Positions 18,225 through 28,384 of a DNA stretch of 64,000 bases are shown piece after piece. Both the position numbers and the translations under genes were made by a program. The stretch is from Bacteroidota bacterium. GTDB taxonomy: Bacteria > Bacteroidota > Bacteroidia > Palsa-948. The notes under the pieces were generated by a model. The model saw only the letters and a list, made by a program, of their open reading frames with translations. It did no database searches and had not been told where the DNA came from. The stretch's first letter is position 1; each line of letters starts with the position of its first letter. Location of the stretch: contig JACQAL010000002.1 of assembly GCA_016195025.1 (NCBI GenBank), positions 6,477 to 70,476 of the forward strand, read 5' to 3'.

Positions 18225-18288
18225 AAGCGAATTTATACTAACATACGAATAAGAATTTATTTTTCAAATGCAAAAATCCGGAAAGAAA

Positions 18289-20820
18289 TTATTTCACAAC
18301 CGCTTTGATAATTTTATTTTGCCACGGTTTCCAATCTTTCGATTCAACATAGTTAATGATGATTCGCTTGTAAGCAGATTGTAAATAAAAAAATGTGAGC
18401 ACATCGCTTGCCGGTCCGCTCAAGCGGGAATTCGCGCTGAGCATTGCGTCAGTAATATATTCGATGGCAACATCATCGAGGTAATTTAATTTTTTCAGCG
18501 AGGTCATTGCGTTTGCGCGCGTGCGAAATTCATAGGAGGAACTGCAGAAACTCACGAGTTGGTCAACATATTTCGGATTGGTGAGCGAAGCAATCTCCAG
18601 CCATTTTATTTTTACGTTGCGACCGGGAAATCCTTCCACATCTTTTGTCTGCTCCAGATAAAAACCAATCTTATCAGGATTTGCAAACGCGAGATAATCG
18701 AGCACCTGCGTGATAATATCATAGGAAGGGTCTTTCAAAAGTTTTTCCACTTCGGGCAGCATATCTTCTTCGCGGAGTTCGCGGATGTTATCAATCACCG
18801 CTTTTCGCACATGCACATCGGCATCACTCAGCGCATTTTTAATCAGCGTCATTGATTGCTTGTGGTTGTCGTGCGAAAGTTGTTTTATGATTTCAGATTT
18901 CAGCGAATAAAAATCAGCTTTGTTATAAGCGGCAATCAGAAAATCGCGCTTGCGCTCTATGTCAATATCGTTCATTGCAACAAGCGCATCGTAGCGGTCA
19001 AGTACGCTGGCAGATTTCATTGCCTGCGCTTTCAGCATGTCAAAAGATTTATTGAAAGAAACATTTTTCAAAACTTCGTTATCGGGGTCGAACAAAGCAA
19101 AATCAATTTTCTTTCCTGCGGGAATTGGGAGGCGGATAATTTCTGTTTGCTGTTCAATCCGGATTTGTTTTTTGTCGAGTGTTCCATCGGTGTAATGAAC
19201 TTCAAACCAGATTGGCATTTTCCAAAGTCCAGATGGGGTTGCAGAATTATTTTCTTTTTCCTGAACAAACGGGTCGGATGAAACAGCATTTGATTTATTT
19301 CCTCCCGCTTGCGGAAGACCAGAGATTTCTGTTTGCTCCTGCACCTGCTGAACTAAAAATTCAGAATAGTGCAAAGCATTTTTATCTCCTGAATTTTCTG
19401 TGATGTCACGAAACACGACTTGAAAATTCGGTTCGCCTCCGCGGTAAATCCATTCATCCCAAAACCAATCGAGTTGCATGCCCGTGACTTCTTCACAGGC
19501 AACAAGTAAATCTTCCGAATCAACATTTGAATAAGAATGAGTTTCGAGATAATGCTTGATACATTTATTATAAACTTCTCTTCCGCCTAAAATATATTTC
19601 AGCATGTTCAGCACAAATGCGCCTTTCGGATAATGGCGAACGCTTCCGGCTTCGCTGTGCGCGATTGGAAAATAATTTTTCTTCGATTCCTCGAGAGAAT
19701 TTATTTGCGCGCCTCTGCGCGTCCAGTTAAAATTATTTTCTCCGAAAGTTTCTTTTTCAAAAAGCCAGTCATAATAAGTTGCAAAACTTTCCTGCAGCCA
19801 GTGATGTGCATCGCTTCTCGCTGTAATAAAATCTCCGAACCACTGATGCGCAAGTTCATGCGCGTTCACTCCGTAATAAGGGCGGTCAAGAAAAGCACGT
19901 TCATCGCAAAAAAGAAAATCTCCGAACACGGTTGCAGTTGTATTTTCCATAGCGCCATACATGAATTCCTGCACGGGAATCTGCGAATAACTTTCCCATG
20001 GATAATTCATGCCAATTTCTTTTTCGTAGAAGTCAACCATTTTTTCGCTCATCGTGTAACAGGTCTCTACACGATTTTTCCATTCAGGATAATAATATAA
20101 ATGCATTGGAATTCCCGAAGCGGATTTTGTTTCTTTAATATCATATTTTCCGATTCCAATCATAATAAGATATGGCGCGAACGGATGACTCATGCGGTAA
20201 TGCCACGTAAAAGTTCCGTTCGGATTATTTTTTTTGTCGAGCATTTTTCCATTTGATAAAACTTTATACGCAGTATCAAACGTGATAAAAGTTTCCGTAG
20301 TGATTTTATCGTTCATCTCATCGTACATCGGAATCCAGTTACGGTTGTCAACGCCTTGCCCCTGCGACCAGATTTGTTTTCTCGCAATTCCGGTTTTGTC
20401 ATTCCACCCGATGAAATAAAGCCCTTTGCGCGGAGTGCATTCATACGTAATCGTCATCGAATCTTTTTTCTCCCAAGAAAGAGAAGGGCAGTAAATAATA
20501 ATATTTAAACTATCACTTCGGAATTTTGCGGGCTTGCCGTTTAGAATAATTTCTTTTATATCCATATTGATTCCATCAAGAACAATTGAATCAACTTTTT
20601 GGCGGAGAGGAATAAATGTATGTGTAACTTTTCCTTTTACCAAATTTTTTTGCGGTTCGAAAGAAACTTCCAGTTTCAAATGCTGAAAATCTACGTTGTG
20701 TTCACGCGGAGCGAGGAGCGGGTCAATTATATAGGAACGGGTTTTGACTTGCGCATTGGAATTAAAAATTAAAAATGAAAAATTAAAAATGAAAAGACAT
20801 GCATGCAGGAGTTTTTTCAT
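18289..20820 (-). CDS. M1-family zinc aminopeptidase (aminopeptidase N-like) with a C-terminal HEAT/ARM-like region
   Basis: 843 aa with a signal peptide. The exopeptidase motif 'GAMENTT' and the gluzincin 'VNAHELAHQWFGD...E' (HExxH-x18-E) are both present. Confidence 0.85.
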   Translation of the reverse strand: MKKLLHACLFIFNFSFLIFNSNAQVKTRSYIIDPLLAPREHNVDFQHLKLEVSFEPQKNLVKGKVTHTFIPLRQKVDSIVLDGINMDIKEIILNGKPAKFRSDSLNIIIYCPSLSWEKKDSMTITYECTPRKGLYFIGWNDKTGIARKQIWSQGQGVDNRNWIPMYDEMNDKITTETFITFDTAYKVLSNGKMLDKKNNPNGTFTWHYRMSHPFAPYLIMIGIGKYDIKETKSASGIPMHLYYYPEWKNRVETCYTMSEKMVDFYEKEIGMNYPWESYSQIPVQEFMYGAMENTTATVFGDFLFCDERAFLDRPYYGVNAHELAHQWFGDFITARSDAHHWLQESFATYYDWLFEKETFGENNFNWTRRGAQINSLEESKKNYFPIAHSEAGSVRHYPKGAFVLNMLKYILGGREVYNKCIKHYLETHSYSNVDSEDLLVACEEVTGMQLDWFWDEWIYRGGEPNFQVVFRDITENSGDKNALHYSEFLVQQVQEQTEISGLPQAGGNKSNAVSSDPFVQEKENNSATPSGLWKMPIWFEVHYTDGTLDKKQIRIEQQTEIIRLPIPAGKKIDFALFDPDNEVLKNVSFNKSFDMLKAQAMKSASVLDRYDALVAMNDIDIERKRDFLIAAYNKADFYSLKSEIIKQLSHDNHKQSMTLIKNALSDADVHVRKAVIDNIRELREEDMLPEVEKLLKDPSYDIITQVLDYLAFANPDKIGFYLEQTKDVEGFPGRNVKIKWLEIASLTNPKYVDQLVSFCSSSYEFRTRANAMTSLKKLNYLDDVAIEYITDAMLSANSRLSGPASDVLTFFYLQSAYKRIIINYVESKDWKPWQNKIIKAVVK

Positions 20821-21015
20821 ATAGGAAATTTGATTCGCTAAAATACAAAAATGCAGGATGCAGAAAGATTGATTGGGATTCAGACGGGTAGAGAATTTTC
20901 TAACGGTTGCTCTGCGCTCTGTGCGTCTCTACGGGAAATCTTTAACATTTTTTAACGAAACCATTTCCCTCTTATCGTTGTTATACTCTTTGAAAAACAT
21001 TCTAACTTTACTCCA

Positions 21016-21690
21016 ATGAAATCAAAAATTTTTAATGCATTGATGACTGTTCTTTCTTTCTCATCATGCGCGCAAAATCAAAATAAAGAAGTACCAAAAA
21101 TGGAAACACAAAAAGCAGATACGGTTGTTAAACCTGAAACTTCAAAAACGAAACTTGAAACTGCCACATTCGGTGCCGGATGTTTCTGGTGCGTGGAAGC
21201 ACAATTTCAGATGCTCGATGGCGTGGTGAAAGTCGAGTCGGGATTTTCCGGAGGAAGCGTGAAGAATCCTTCCTATAAAGACGTTTGCACCGGAAGCACC
21301 GGTCACGCAGAAGTTTGCAATATCACTTACGACCCTTCAAAAATTTCTTACGAGGAAATGCTTTTTGCATTCTGGCAAACGCACGACCCGACTCAACTCA
21401 ACAGGCAGGGAAATGATGTAGGCACGCAATACCGCTCCGTAATTTTTTACCACAACGAAAAACAAAAACGACTTGCGGAAGAGTACAAGAAAAAACTGAA
21501 CGATGAAAAAGTTTTTGACAAGCCGGTGGTAACAGAAATTTCTCCGTTCACTGCTTTTTACAAAGCAGAAGATTATCACCAGAATTATTTTAACCAGAAT
21601 GGAGAAGAACCCTATTGCCAGTTTGTGGTTCGACCGAAGGTGGAAAAATTTCAGAAAGTGTTTAAGAATAAATTGAAGAATCAGCAGTAA
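21016..21690 (+). CDS. msrA: Peptide methionine sulfoxide reductase A (lipoprotein form)
   Basis: 224 aa. It has a lipoprotein signal 'LSFSSCAQ', the catalytic 'ATFGAGCFWCVEAQF' (GCFWC), and conserved 'HDPTQLNRQGNDVGTQYRSVIFY'. Confidence 0.9.
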   Translation: MKSKIFNALMTVLSFSSCAQNQNKEVPKMETQKADTVVKPETSKTKLETATFGAGCFWCVEAQFQMLDGVVKVESGFSGGSVKNPSYKDVCTGSTGHAEVCNITYDPSKISYEEMLFAFWQTHDPTQLNRQGNDVGTQYRSVIFYHNEKQKRLAEEYKKKLNDEKVFDKPVVTEISPFTAFYKAEDYHQNYFNQNGEEPYCQFVVRPKVEKFQKVFKNKLKNQQ

Positions 21691-21692
21691 AT

Positions 21693-21727
21693 AAAAAAGG
21701 GCTGCAATTGTTGCAACCCCTTTTCTT
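21693..21727. terminator. Bidirectional rho-independent terminator between convergent msrA and a T9SS cargo gene
   Basis: 'AAAAAAGGGctgcaattgttgcaaCCCCTTTTCTT': a GC stem flanked by an A-run and a T-run on either side. Confidence 0.6.
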
Positions 21728-21740
21728 AAGGATTTTTTTT

Positions 21741-22841
21741 CTATTCATCCTGTACCGATAATTTGCCTCTCTTAATAATTTGCGTTCCATTTCTTACTTC
21801 GTAAATATACATTCCAACCGGCAGTTGGTTTTTCTGAATGGTAAATTTATTTGTTGCGATACTTTCTGTTTTTCTAATCAAGTTTCCTACTAAATCAAAA
21901 ACATTAAATGAAAATCCCGCAGAAGATTTTTTAATATTATCAGAGATAAAAACTTCTGCAGAAGAAATCATCGGATTCGGATAAACAGAAACATTATTAT
22001 TATTATAAAGCTCATTCACTCCGTTGAAGCTTGTTCCATAAATTTTAAAAGGTAATCCTTGCGGTGCATCATCTCCGGGTCCTGCCTGCGCAGTGTCAAT
22101 AATTGAATTCCAAGTGCTGGTGTTAAATTGCATTGCATCGCCCGTAATGGTTGTTACACTATAAGAAACAGGCGGAGCCCACGGACCCGATGAAAGAGAA
22201 CCGCCTGTTTGCCAATCCACCCAATATTGCCCGGAGGTGAGTTGAAGAGACGGAGTTAATGTTTCAACAACATTTTTCATAATAGGGCGGCTGGTAGCGG
22301 TAAGTGTTGCAGAAGTTACACGGTAAATGCCCGACCAATAAGAAACGGTAAGAACATTTGAAGTGGTGTCGCCCCAAATAATTGCTGAAGGGTTTGCATT
22401 CGTCAAAGGATTGGCGTTGCGCACTGCTAAACGCACATCGGTCATCGTTGAAGTGTTCCCTGAGTTGGTTTGATAGGCATAAAAAATAAGCGAGTCAATG
22501 GTCCATGTTTGACCTGCAGGAACAGTAAAATCATCTGCTACTCTGTAGCCGGATGAAACTGCATGACCGAAACCATAGGTGATAAGACCATCGTGGGTGG
22601 CAGATGCATCTGCACCGCCAGCACCTTGTCCGGGAAAATTTGCCAGCGGACCGTTGTCATAAAGCAGCGAAGCGTTGTAAGGTTCCGGGTTTGTTTTTGC
22701 TACCGGAAGAATAGCATTTTCCGCAGGAGAGATGGCGTTAACATCCGTTTCACAATCAGCCGCAAAATTTTTTTCGTTCTGTGCGAAAGCGAAACCTGCA
22801 CCCGCAGTAATTAAACTGAGTAGAGTAAAAATTTTTTTCAT
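21741..22841 (-). CDS. Secreted protein with a T9SS type-A C-terminal sorting domain
   Basis: The likely start is the internal 'MKKIFTLLSLITAGAGFAFAQ' (signal peptide). The C-terminus 'VSVYPNPMISSAEVFISD...LPVGMYIYEVRNGTQIIKRGKLSVQDE' is a Por-CTD. Confidence 0.7.
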   Translation of the reverse strand: MKKIFTLLSLITAGAGFAFAQNEKNFAADCETDVNAISPAENAILPVAKTNPEPYNASLLYDNGPLANFPGQGAGGADASATHDGLITYGFGHAVSSGYRVADDFTVPAGQTWTIDSLIFYAYQTNSGNTSTMTDVRLAVRNANPLTNANPSAIIWGDTTSNVLTVSYWSGIYRVTSATLTATSRPIMKNVVETLTPSLQLTSGQYWVDWQTGGSLSSGPWAPPVSYSVTTITGDAMQFNTSTWNSIIDTAQAGPGDDAPQGLPFKIYGTSFNGVNELYNNNNVSVYPNPMISSAEVFISDNIKKSSAGFSFNVFDLVGNLIRKTESIATNKFTIQKNQLPVGMYIYEVRNGTQIIKRGKLSVQDE

Positions 22842-22931
22842 GAAAAATAATTTAGTTGATGTTGAAGAATTATTAGAGGCGATGAAGATATACAAAAAAA
22901 TTCAAAATGTTTTTTTTCTAAGAAGAAATTC

Positions 22932-24092
22932 TCAACTGTTATAAACAACTTTGATTTTCTCTCTCAAATTATATTGCGAAGCCATCACTTCTCCGTATGC
23001 GCCTGTTGTTCGGATGGCAATTAAATCTCCCCGCTTAGTTTGAGGAAGGATTACGGCTTTGCCAAAACAATCCGAACTTTCGCAGATGGGACCGACAACA
23101 TCATAGCGGATGGTTGATGGTTGATGGTTGATGCTTGATGGAGAAGAAATATTTTCAATCTTGTGAAAGGATTGATAAAGTGCCGGGCGAATCAATTCCG
23201 TCATTCCTGCATCGAGGATTACAAAATTTGTATTCACACCTTTTTTTACATAGAGCACTTTTGAAATCAAACTTCCGCATTGCGCGACAATTGCTCTGCC
23301 GATTTCAAAATGCAAAGTTTGTTTCGGGCGTAGTTCAAGGAATTGTTTGAACAATCCAAAGTAAGAAGTAAAATCAGGAATGGAATTTTTATCCGGCTGG
23401 TGATAATCAACGCCAAGTCCGCCACCAACATTTATATGTTCCAAAGAAATTTTATGGCTTACAAACCAACTCTGAATTTCATTCGCGCGGAGGCAAAGCG
23501 ATTTGAATGCATTCAAATCTGTAATCTGCGAGCCAATATGAAAATGTATTCCGCAAATTTTTATGTTCTTCAATTGCTGCGTGCGTTTCACCACTTCTTC
23601 CAGTTCCCAGAGATTTATTCCGAATTTATTTTCTTCCAAACCTGTTGTAATGTACTTGTGCGTGTTCGCATTCACATTCGGATTAATGCGGAAAGCAATC
23701 GGAGCAATCTTATTTTTTTTCTTTGCTAATTCATTTATCACTTCAATCTCCTGTAAACTTTCGCAATTGAAACATGAAATATTTTTTTCAAGCGCAACAT
23801 TTATTTCTTCATCGTTTTTTCCAACTCCGGCAAAAAATAGTTGCGCAAACTTATATTCGCTTGCTTTTTTTACTTCATTACCGCTCACACAATCTGCTCC
23901 TAAACCGGATTTCTGAATCATAGAAAGTATTTCATCATTTGCATTTGCCTTCAGCGCATAGTGAACGTGATAGCCGTATTTCTCCGATTCTTTTTTCAAT
24001 GCCTCAATCGTTCGAGTCAGCAAATCCAAATCATAATAATAGAATGGAGTGGAGATTGAAGAGAACTTTTGTATTGTATTTTTTGAAAACAT
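22932..24092 (-). CDS. lysA: Diaminopimelate decarboxylase
   Basis: 386 aa. It carries the PLP-dependent Orn/DAP/Arg decarboxylase motif 'YALKANANDEILSMIQKSGLGADCVSGNEV' and lies downstream of lysC on the same strand. Confidence 0.85.
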   Translation of the reverse strand: MFSKNTIQKFSSISTPFYYYDLDLLTRTIEALKKESEKYGYHVHYALKANANDEILSMIQKSGLGADCVSGNEVKKASEYKFAQLFFAGVGKNDEEINVALEKNISCFNCESLQEIEVINELAKKKNKIAPIAFRINPNVNANTHKYITTGLEENKFGINLWELEEVVKRTQQLKNIKICGIHFHIGSQITDLNAFKSLCLRANEIQSWFVSHKISLEHINVGGGLGVDYHQPDKNSIPDFTSYFGLFKQFLELRPKQTLHFEIGRAIVAQCGSLISKVLYVKKGVNTNFVILDAGMTELIRPALYQSFHKIENISSPSSINHQPSTIRYDVVGPICESSDCFGKAVILPQTKRGDLIAIRTTGAYGEVMASQYNLREKIKVVYNS

Positions 24093-24167
24093 CTATTTCA
24101 AATTAAATGACTGAATGGTTAGATGATTGGATGGTTATTTAACCATATAGCCATTCAACCATATAAC

Positions 24168-25496
24168 CTATAAATTAAACAGCCCTTTGTTAAGGGCAAT
24201 TAAAGCGTCCTTTTTATATTTCGTTCCCACCAGCATCGAAATATTATTTTCACTTCCGCCATAGGAAATCATTCTCAGCGGAATGTTTTTCAGCGCGTCA
24301 AATATTTTTACAGCCACACCTTGTTTTTCCGCAGTGAAACTTCCCACCACGCAAATGATGGTTTGGTCTTTATCAATTTCAACAGAACAAAATTCTTTCA
24401 GCTCTTTCACAATCGCGTCTAAATTTTTTAGGTTATCAATCGTAACAGATACTGCCACTTCCGAAGTGGTAATCATATCAATCGGAGTTTTGTAGCGCTC
24501 AAAAATTTCAAACACGCTGCGCAAAAATCCATACGCCAAAAGCATTCGAGCAGATTTTATATTCACGGCAATGATTTCATCTTTCGCAGCAACAGCCGTA
24601 ATTCTTTCTGTCGGTTTCATTTCTTTAATCACTGTTCCTTTTGCCTGCGGCTGCATTGTGTTCAGCAACCGAACCGGAACTTTTCTTTTCTGCGCGGGAA
24701 GAACACAAGTCGGGTGAAGAATCTTTGCTCCGAAATATGCCAGCTCTGCTGCTTCATCAAACGAAAGTTCAGTAACCGGAAAAGTTTTTTCTACGATGCG
24801 CGGGTCATTATTGTGCATTCCGTCAATGTCTGTCCAGATTTGAATTTCTTCGGAGTTAAGAGCTGCGCCAATCAACGTTGCAGTGTAATCGCTTCCTCCG
24901 CGTTTCAGATTATCTATTTCACCGAATGAATTTCTGCAGATGTATCCTTGCGTGATGAAAAGTTTTTTCCCGGAATACTTTTTCAATTCTGCTTTCAGAT
25001 TCTCCTCTATATATTTCAAATCGGGTTCATCATTTTCGTCAATGCGCATGAAGTTCAGCGCGGGAAGCAAAACAGAATCAATTCCGATTTCTTCCAGATA
25101 AAAATGTTCCATTGCGGTGGAAAGCAGTTCACCTTGCGCGAGAATCGCTTTCTCTTCATTCGCAGTGAACATATCGAGCGTAAATGAGCGGATAAACTCA
25201 AAATGATTTTTTACTAACTCCTTTCCTTTATTCAGAGAAGATTCTTTCGAGTAAAGTTCTTTCAGAACTCCTTCGTATTTTTTTTCAAGCGCGTCAATCA
25301 GTTGCTTTGCTTTGGCATTTTCTTTTGCGTACAAAGCGTTTGCAATTTCGACCAGAGCATTTGTGGTTCCGCTCATAGCGGAAAGCACAACAATCTTCGG
25401 CTCATCACTTTTAATAAGTGCGACAAGATTTTTCATCCGCTCAGCTGAGCCAACAGAAGTTCCTCCGAATTTTAAAATCTTCATAGCCGAATTCAA
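24168..25496 (-). CDS. lysC: Aspartate kinase
   Basis: 442 aa. It begins 'MKILKFGGTSVGSAERMKNLVALI', the amino-acid kinase N-terminus, and has C-terminal ACT-type regulatory domains. Confidence 0.9.
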   Translation of the reverse strand: MNSAMKILKFGGTSVGSAERMKNLVALIKSDEPKIVVLSAMSGTTNALVEIANALYAKENAKAKQLIDALEKKYEGVLKELYSKESSLNKGKELVKNHFEFIRSFTLDMFTANEEKAILAQGELLSTAMEHFYLEEIGIDSVLLPALNFMRIDENDEPDLKYIEENLKAELKKYSGKKLFITQGYICRNSFGEIDNLKRGGSDYTATLIGAALNSEEIQIWTDIDGMHNNDPRIVEKTFPVTELSFDEAAELAYFGAKILHPTCVLPAQKRKVPVRLLNTMQPQAKGTVIKEMKPTERITAVAAKDEIIAVNIKSARMLLAYGFLRSVFEIFERYKTPIDMITTSEVAVSVTIDNLKNLDAIVKELKEFCSVEIDKDQTIICVVGSFTAEKQGVAVKIFDALKNIPLRMISYGGSENNISMLVGTKYKKDALIALNKGLFNL

Positions 25497-25522
25497 ATAA
25501 GATTGCGAATATACAAACTCAA

Positions 25523-25657
25523 CTCACATCGGTCCCATAGGAGTTTGAATGGCTTTCTTGCCGTTGCATTTTCGGTAAGTGTGGCAGGATGAAAAAAGAA
25601 AAGAGATAAAAATGAAAACGAATGCAACTGTTGCTAAGTGAATAAGAATTTTTTTCA
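25523..25657 (-). CDS. Candidate small lipoprotein ORF of 44 aa (MKKILIHLATVAFVFIFISFLFSSCHTYRKCNGKKAIQTPMGPM), located just upstream of lysC
   Basis: Read by eye from the minus strand of the 161 nt lysC upstream gap. It has a signal-like hydrophobic stretch plus an 'FSSC' lipobox. It is under 60 aa and so is absent from the ORF track. Confidence 0.25.
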
Positions 25658-26911
25658 TCAGTCGAGAATTTTCACCTGCACCTGTTCAATAGTTGTGCCG
25701 GAGGTGCTGAGAATTTTGAAAACATAAGGAGAGATAACCACAATTTCATTTTGGTTGGGAATGCTTTGTCTGAGATGAAGAATTAATCCAGCCAGCGTGG
25801 TGTACTCATCCGACTGCGGGAGCGAAAGTTTATAGCGCTCGTTCAGATAATCAATTTCCAATCTCCCTGAAAAAACAAATTCATTGGAGGAAATTTTTTT
25901 CTCCGTCATTTCTTCTTTGTCGTGCTCGTCTTCAATCTCGCCAAAAATTTCTTCGATGATGTCTTCCATCGTGAGCATTCCTGCCGTTCCGCCAAATTCA
26001 TCCACTACCAGCGCCACGCTTTTATGCTGCTGAATGAAAAGCGTGAGCACTTCGTTTGCGGGCATAGATTCGGGAAGGATGATGACAGGTAGAAGAATGG
26101 ATAAAATGTTTTCAGGTTTTTTGAAAATTTCAGACGAGTGCGTGTAGCCGATGATGTTGTCCACGCTGTCGCGGTAAATTAAAATTTTTGAGAGACGCGT
26201 TTCGATGAACATTTTTTTTAGTTCTTCTACTGAATCGTCAATGTTGATAGCGGAAATTTCATTCCGCGGAATCATGCAGTCGCGGGCTTTCACTTTTGAA
26301 AATCCAAGTGCGCGTTTGAAAATTTTCACTTCATTCTCCAGTTCGTTGCGTTGCTTTGGAGAAGTGCTTTCACGGATGAAATGGTCGAGGTCAATTCTTC
26401 CGAACACAACTTTTTTTTCGGGGAATGAAGTGCCAAGTACGAAACGTAAAATAAATCGTGCAAGATTATTTGTAAGAAAAACTATCGGGTATAAAATCAG
26501 ATAGACAAGCAGAAGAGGAATTGCGAACACGGAAAGAATTCTGTTCGGGTTTATCCGGAAAAGATTTTTCGGAATGAATTCTGCGGTGACAAGAATGAAA
26601 ATGGTTGAGAGAACAGTTGTAAGAAGCAGAATCAAGATTTCCGAGGAAATATATTTTTTCAAATGCGGCTCTAAGATTTCTGCCATAAAAATACTGAACA
26701 CAACCAGCGAAATGCAATTTCCCACCAGCATAGTGCTGATGTAATGCGAAGAATTTTTTATGAAGTAAGAAAGAATCTGCGCGGGGAAAATATTCCGTTT
26801 TTTCAGCAGTTCAATTCTTAATTTGTTGGAGGTGAGAAAAGCAATCTCCAGCCCCGAAAAAAATGCGGAGAGGATGAGCATTACAAGAACAATAATCCAG
26901 GGGGTAGTCAT
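25658..26911 (-). CDS. HlyC/CorC-family membrane protein (DUF21-CBS-CorC_HlyC), GldE-like
   Basis: 417 aa. It has N-terminal four-TM DUF21 ('IAFLTSNKLRIELL'), a CBS pair, and the C-terminal CorC domain 'MLTMEDIIEEIFGEIEDEHD'. The architecture matches Flavobacterium GldE. Confidence 0.75.
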   Translation of the reverse strand: MTTPWIIVLVMLILSAFFSGLEIAFLTSNKLRIELLKKRNIFPAQILSYFIKNSSHYISTMLVGNCISLVVFSIFMAEILEPHLKKYISSEILILLLTTVLSTIFILVTAEFIPKNLFRINPNRILSVFAIPLLLVYLILYPIVFLTNNLARFILRFVLGTSFPEKKVVFGRIDLDHFIRESTSPKQRNELENEVKIFKRALGFSKVKARDCMIPRNEISAINIDDSVEELKKMFIETRLSKILIYRDSVDNIIGYTHSSEIFKKPENILSILLPVIILPESMPANEVLTLFIQQHKSVALVVDEFGGTAGMLTMEDIIEEIFGEIEDEHDKEEMTEKKISSNEFVFSGRLEIDYLNERYKLSLPQSDEYTTLAGLILHLRQSIPNQNEIVVISPYVFKILSTSGTTIEQVQVKILD

Positions 26912-26959
26912 CAGCGAATGCGAATCTTTTACGAATGTACGAATAAGAAAACGAAACCT

Positions 26960-27520
26960 CTACTTCACGCGCTCCACATATTCGCTCGTGCGGGTGTCAA
27001 TGCGGATTTTATCGCCTTGGTTTACGAAAAGAGGAACGTTCACTGTTGCGCCTGTTTCAACCGTTGCAGGTTTCATTGCGTTGGTTGCTGTGTTGCCCCT
27101 GACACCGGGTTCGGTGCGAATGATTTCTACTTCAACAAATGTTGGCGGTTCAGCATAAATGGGAGTTTCGCTTTCAATTCCTATTTTCACTTCCATTCCT
27201 TCCTTCAGAAATTTTGTGCCTTCGCCAAAAAGAGTTTTCGGAACATAAATTTGTTCGTAGGTAGCGGGGTCCATACAAACTAAGTTTGCGCCATCTTCAT
27301 AAAGGTATTGCATCATTTTATATTCGAGGCGGGCAACTTCCACTTCTTCGCCTGAGCGGAAACGCTGGTCGAGCATTTTTCCTGTGCGAAGGTTGCGCAT
27401 TCTCACCTGCACGAACGCGCGCTTGTTTCCCGGTGTGCGGTGCTGAAGTTCTGTAATCTGGCAGAGGTCGCCATTGTAGCGTATCACTGAGCCGTTGCCG
27501 ATATCTTGTGTGGTTGACAT
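26960..27520 (-). CDS. efp: Translation elongation factor P
   Basis: 186 aa from the internal M: 'MSTTQDIGNGSVIRYNGDLCQITELQHRTPGNKRAFVQVRMRNLRTGKMLDQRF...'. This matches the EF-P KOW and OB domains. The longer ORF-track N-terminal extension is antisense to the next gene and was rejected. Confidence 0.9.
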   Translation of the reverse strand: MSTTQDIGNGSVIRYNGDLCQITELQHRTPGNKRAFVQVRMRNLRTGKMLDQRFRSGEEVEVARLEYKMMQYLYEDGANLVCMDPATYEQIYVPKTLFGEGTKFLKEGMEVKIGIESETPIYAEPPTFVEVEIIRTEPGVRGNTATNAMKPATVETGATVNVPLFVNQGDKIRIDTRTSEYVERVK

Positions 27521-27604
27521 AGTTTTTTTGTTTTCGTTTAAATGGACGCAAAGATAATTTATTTCATAAGAGCGAGAAAAGGAGTTTTGTACATTCGTTC
27601 TGCT

Positions 27605-28336
27605 ATGAAAATTGCAAAGTGGATAGGCGTAATACTCGGTTGGATTTTGATTCACAACTTCTGGGGAATATTTTTGGGATTTATTATCGGGTCGCTCATT
27701 GACGAAGGACAAGTAAGAGTTTACAGCGGAAGTTCCGGCTCTTCGCCTTTCGGAAACATAAATGATTTCACCACTTCGCTGCTTTATCTTTCGGCTGCGG
27801 TGATGAATGCGGATGGAAGCGCGATGAAGTCGGAACTGGATTTTGTGAGAAGATTTTTCACGCAGCAGTTTGGAGAAGCGAAAGCAAATGCGGATATGCT
27901 TTTGCTCCGCGAAATTCTTCAGAAGGAAATTCCTGTGCAGGAAGTTTGCAGCCGGATAAAAAATTTTATGCCCTTTGCTTCCCGCTTGCAGTTGATTCAT
28001 TATTTATTTGGCTTATCGAATGCGGACGGACATCTTCATCCTGCAGAAATTTCTGTCATAGAGCAAATCGCTTACTATCTCGGAATTAATTCTGCCGACA
28101 TGAATTCGATAAAGGCAATGTACTGGCGTGATGCGGAGAGCGACTATAAAATTCTGGAGATAGAAAAGAATTCTACGGAGGCAGAAATTAAAAAAGCGTA
28201 CCGCAAAATGGCAAACAAGTTTCATCCTGATAAGGTAGCAAGCGAAGGAGAAGAAGTTCAGCGCGCGGCAACGGAAAAGTTTAAGAAGGTGCAGGAAGCG
28301 TATGAGAATATAAAAAAGCAAAGAGGTATAAACTGA
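27605..28336 (+). CDS. djlA: DjlA-like co-chaperone (N-terminal TM, TerB-like domain, C-terminal J-domain)
   Basis: The internal start 'MKIAKWIGVILGWILIHNFWGIFLGFIIGSLID' is a TM segment. 'NADGHLHPAEISVIEQIAYYLGI' is the TerB-like region. The C-terminal 'DYKILEIEKNSTEAEIKKAYRKMANKFHPDK' contains the HPD of a J-domain. Confidence 0.7.
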   Translation: MKIAKWIGVILGWILIHNFWGIFLGFIIGSLIDEGQVRVYSGSSGSSPFGNINDFTTSLLYLSAAVMNADGSAMKSELDFVRRFFTQQFGEAKANADMLLLREILQKEIPVQEVCSRIKNFMPFASRLQLIHYLFGLSNADGHLHPAEISVIEQIAYYLGINSADMNSIKAMYWRDAESDYKILEIEKNSTEAEIKKAYRKMANKFHPDKVASEGEEVQRAATEKFKKVQEAYENIKKQRGIN

Positions 28337-28384
28337 TAAGTCAAAAATCAAAAGTTAAAAGAGAAATACGATTACATTTGCGTT

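Noticed and set aside
20821-21015. Hairpin 'GTAGAGAattttctaacggttgctctgcgctctgtgcgTCTCTAC' in the divergent M1-peptidase/msrA promoter region, as a possible riboswitch or sRNA
   Set aside because: It has only a 7 bp stem with a 31 nt loop and no further conserved structure recognisable by eye. It is more likely just part of the promoter spacer.
25497-25657. Possible lysine riboswitch (L-box) upstream of lysC
   Set aside because: The leader is only 161 nt and lacks the conserved L-box helices and motifs. A small lipoprotein-like ORF is a likelier occupant.
27521-28000. The N-terminal 160 aa extension of the efp ORF (the 346 aa ORF 26960-28000)
   Set aside because: The extension is antisense to the well-supported djlA-like gene. 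EF-P is fully accounted for by the 186 aa starting at the internal ATG at 27520.
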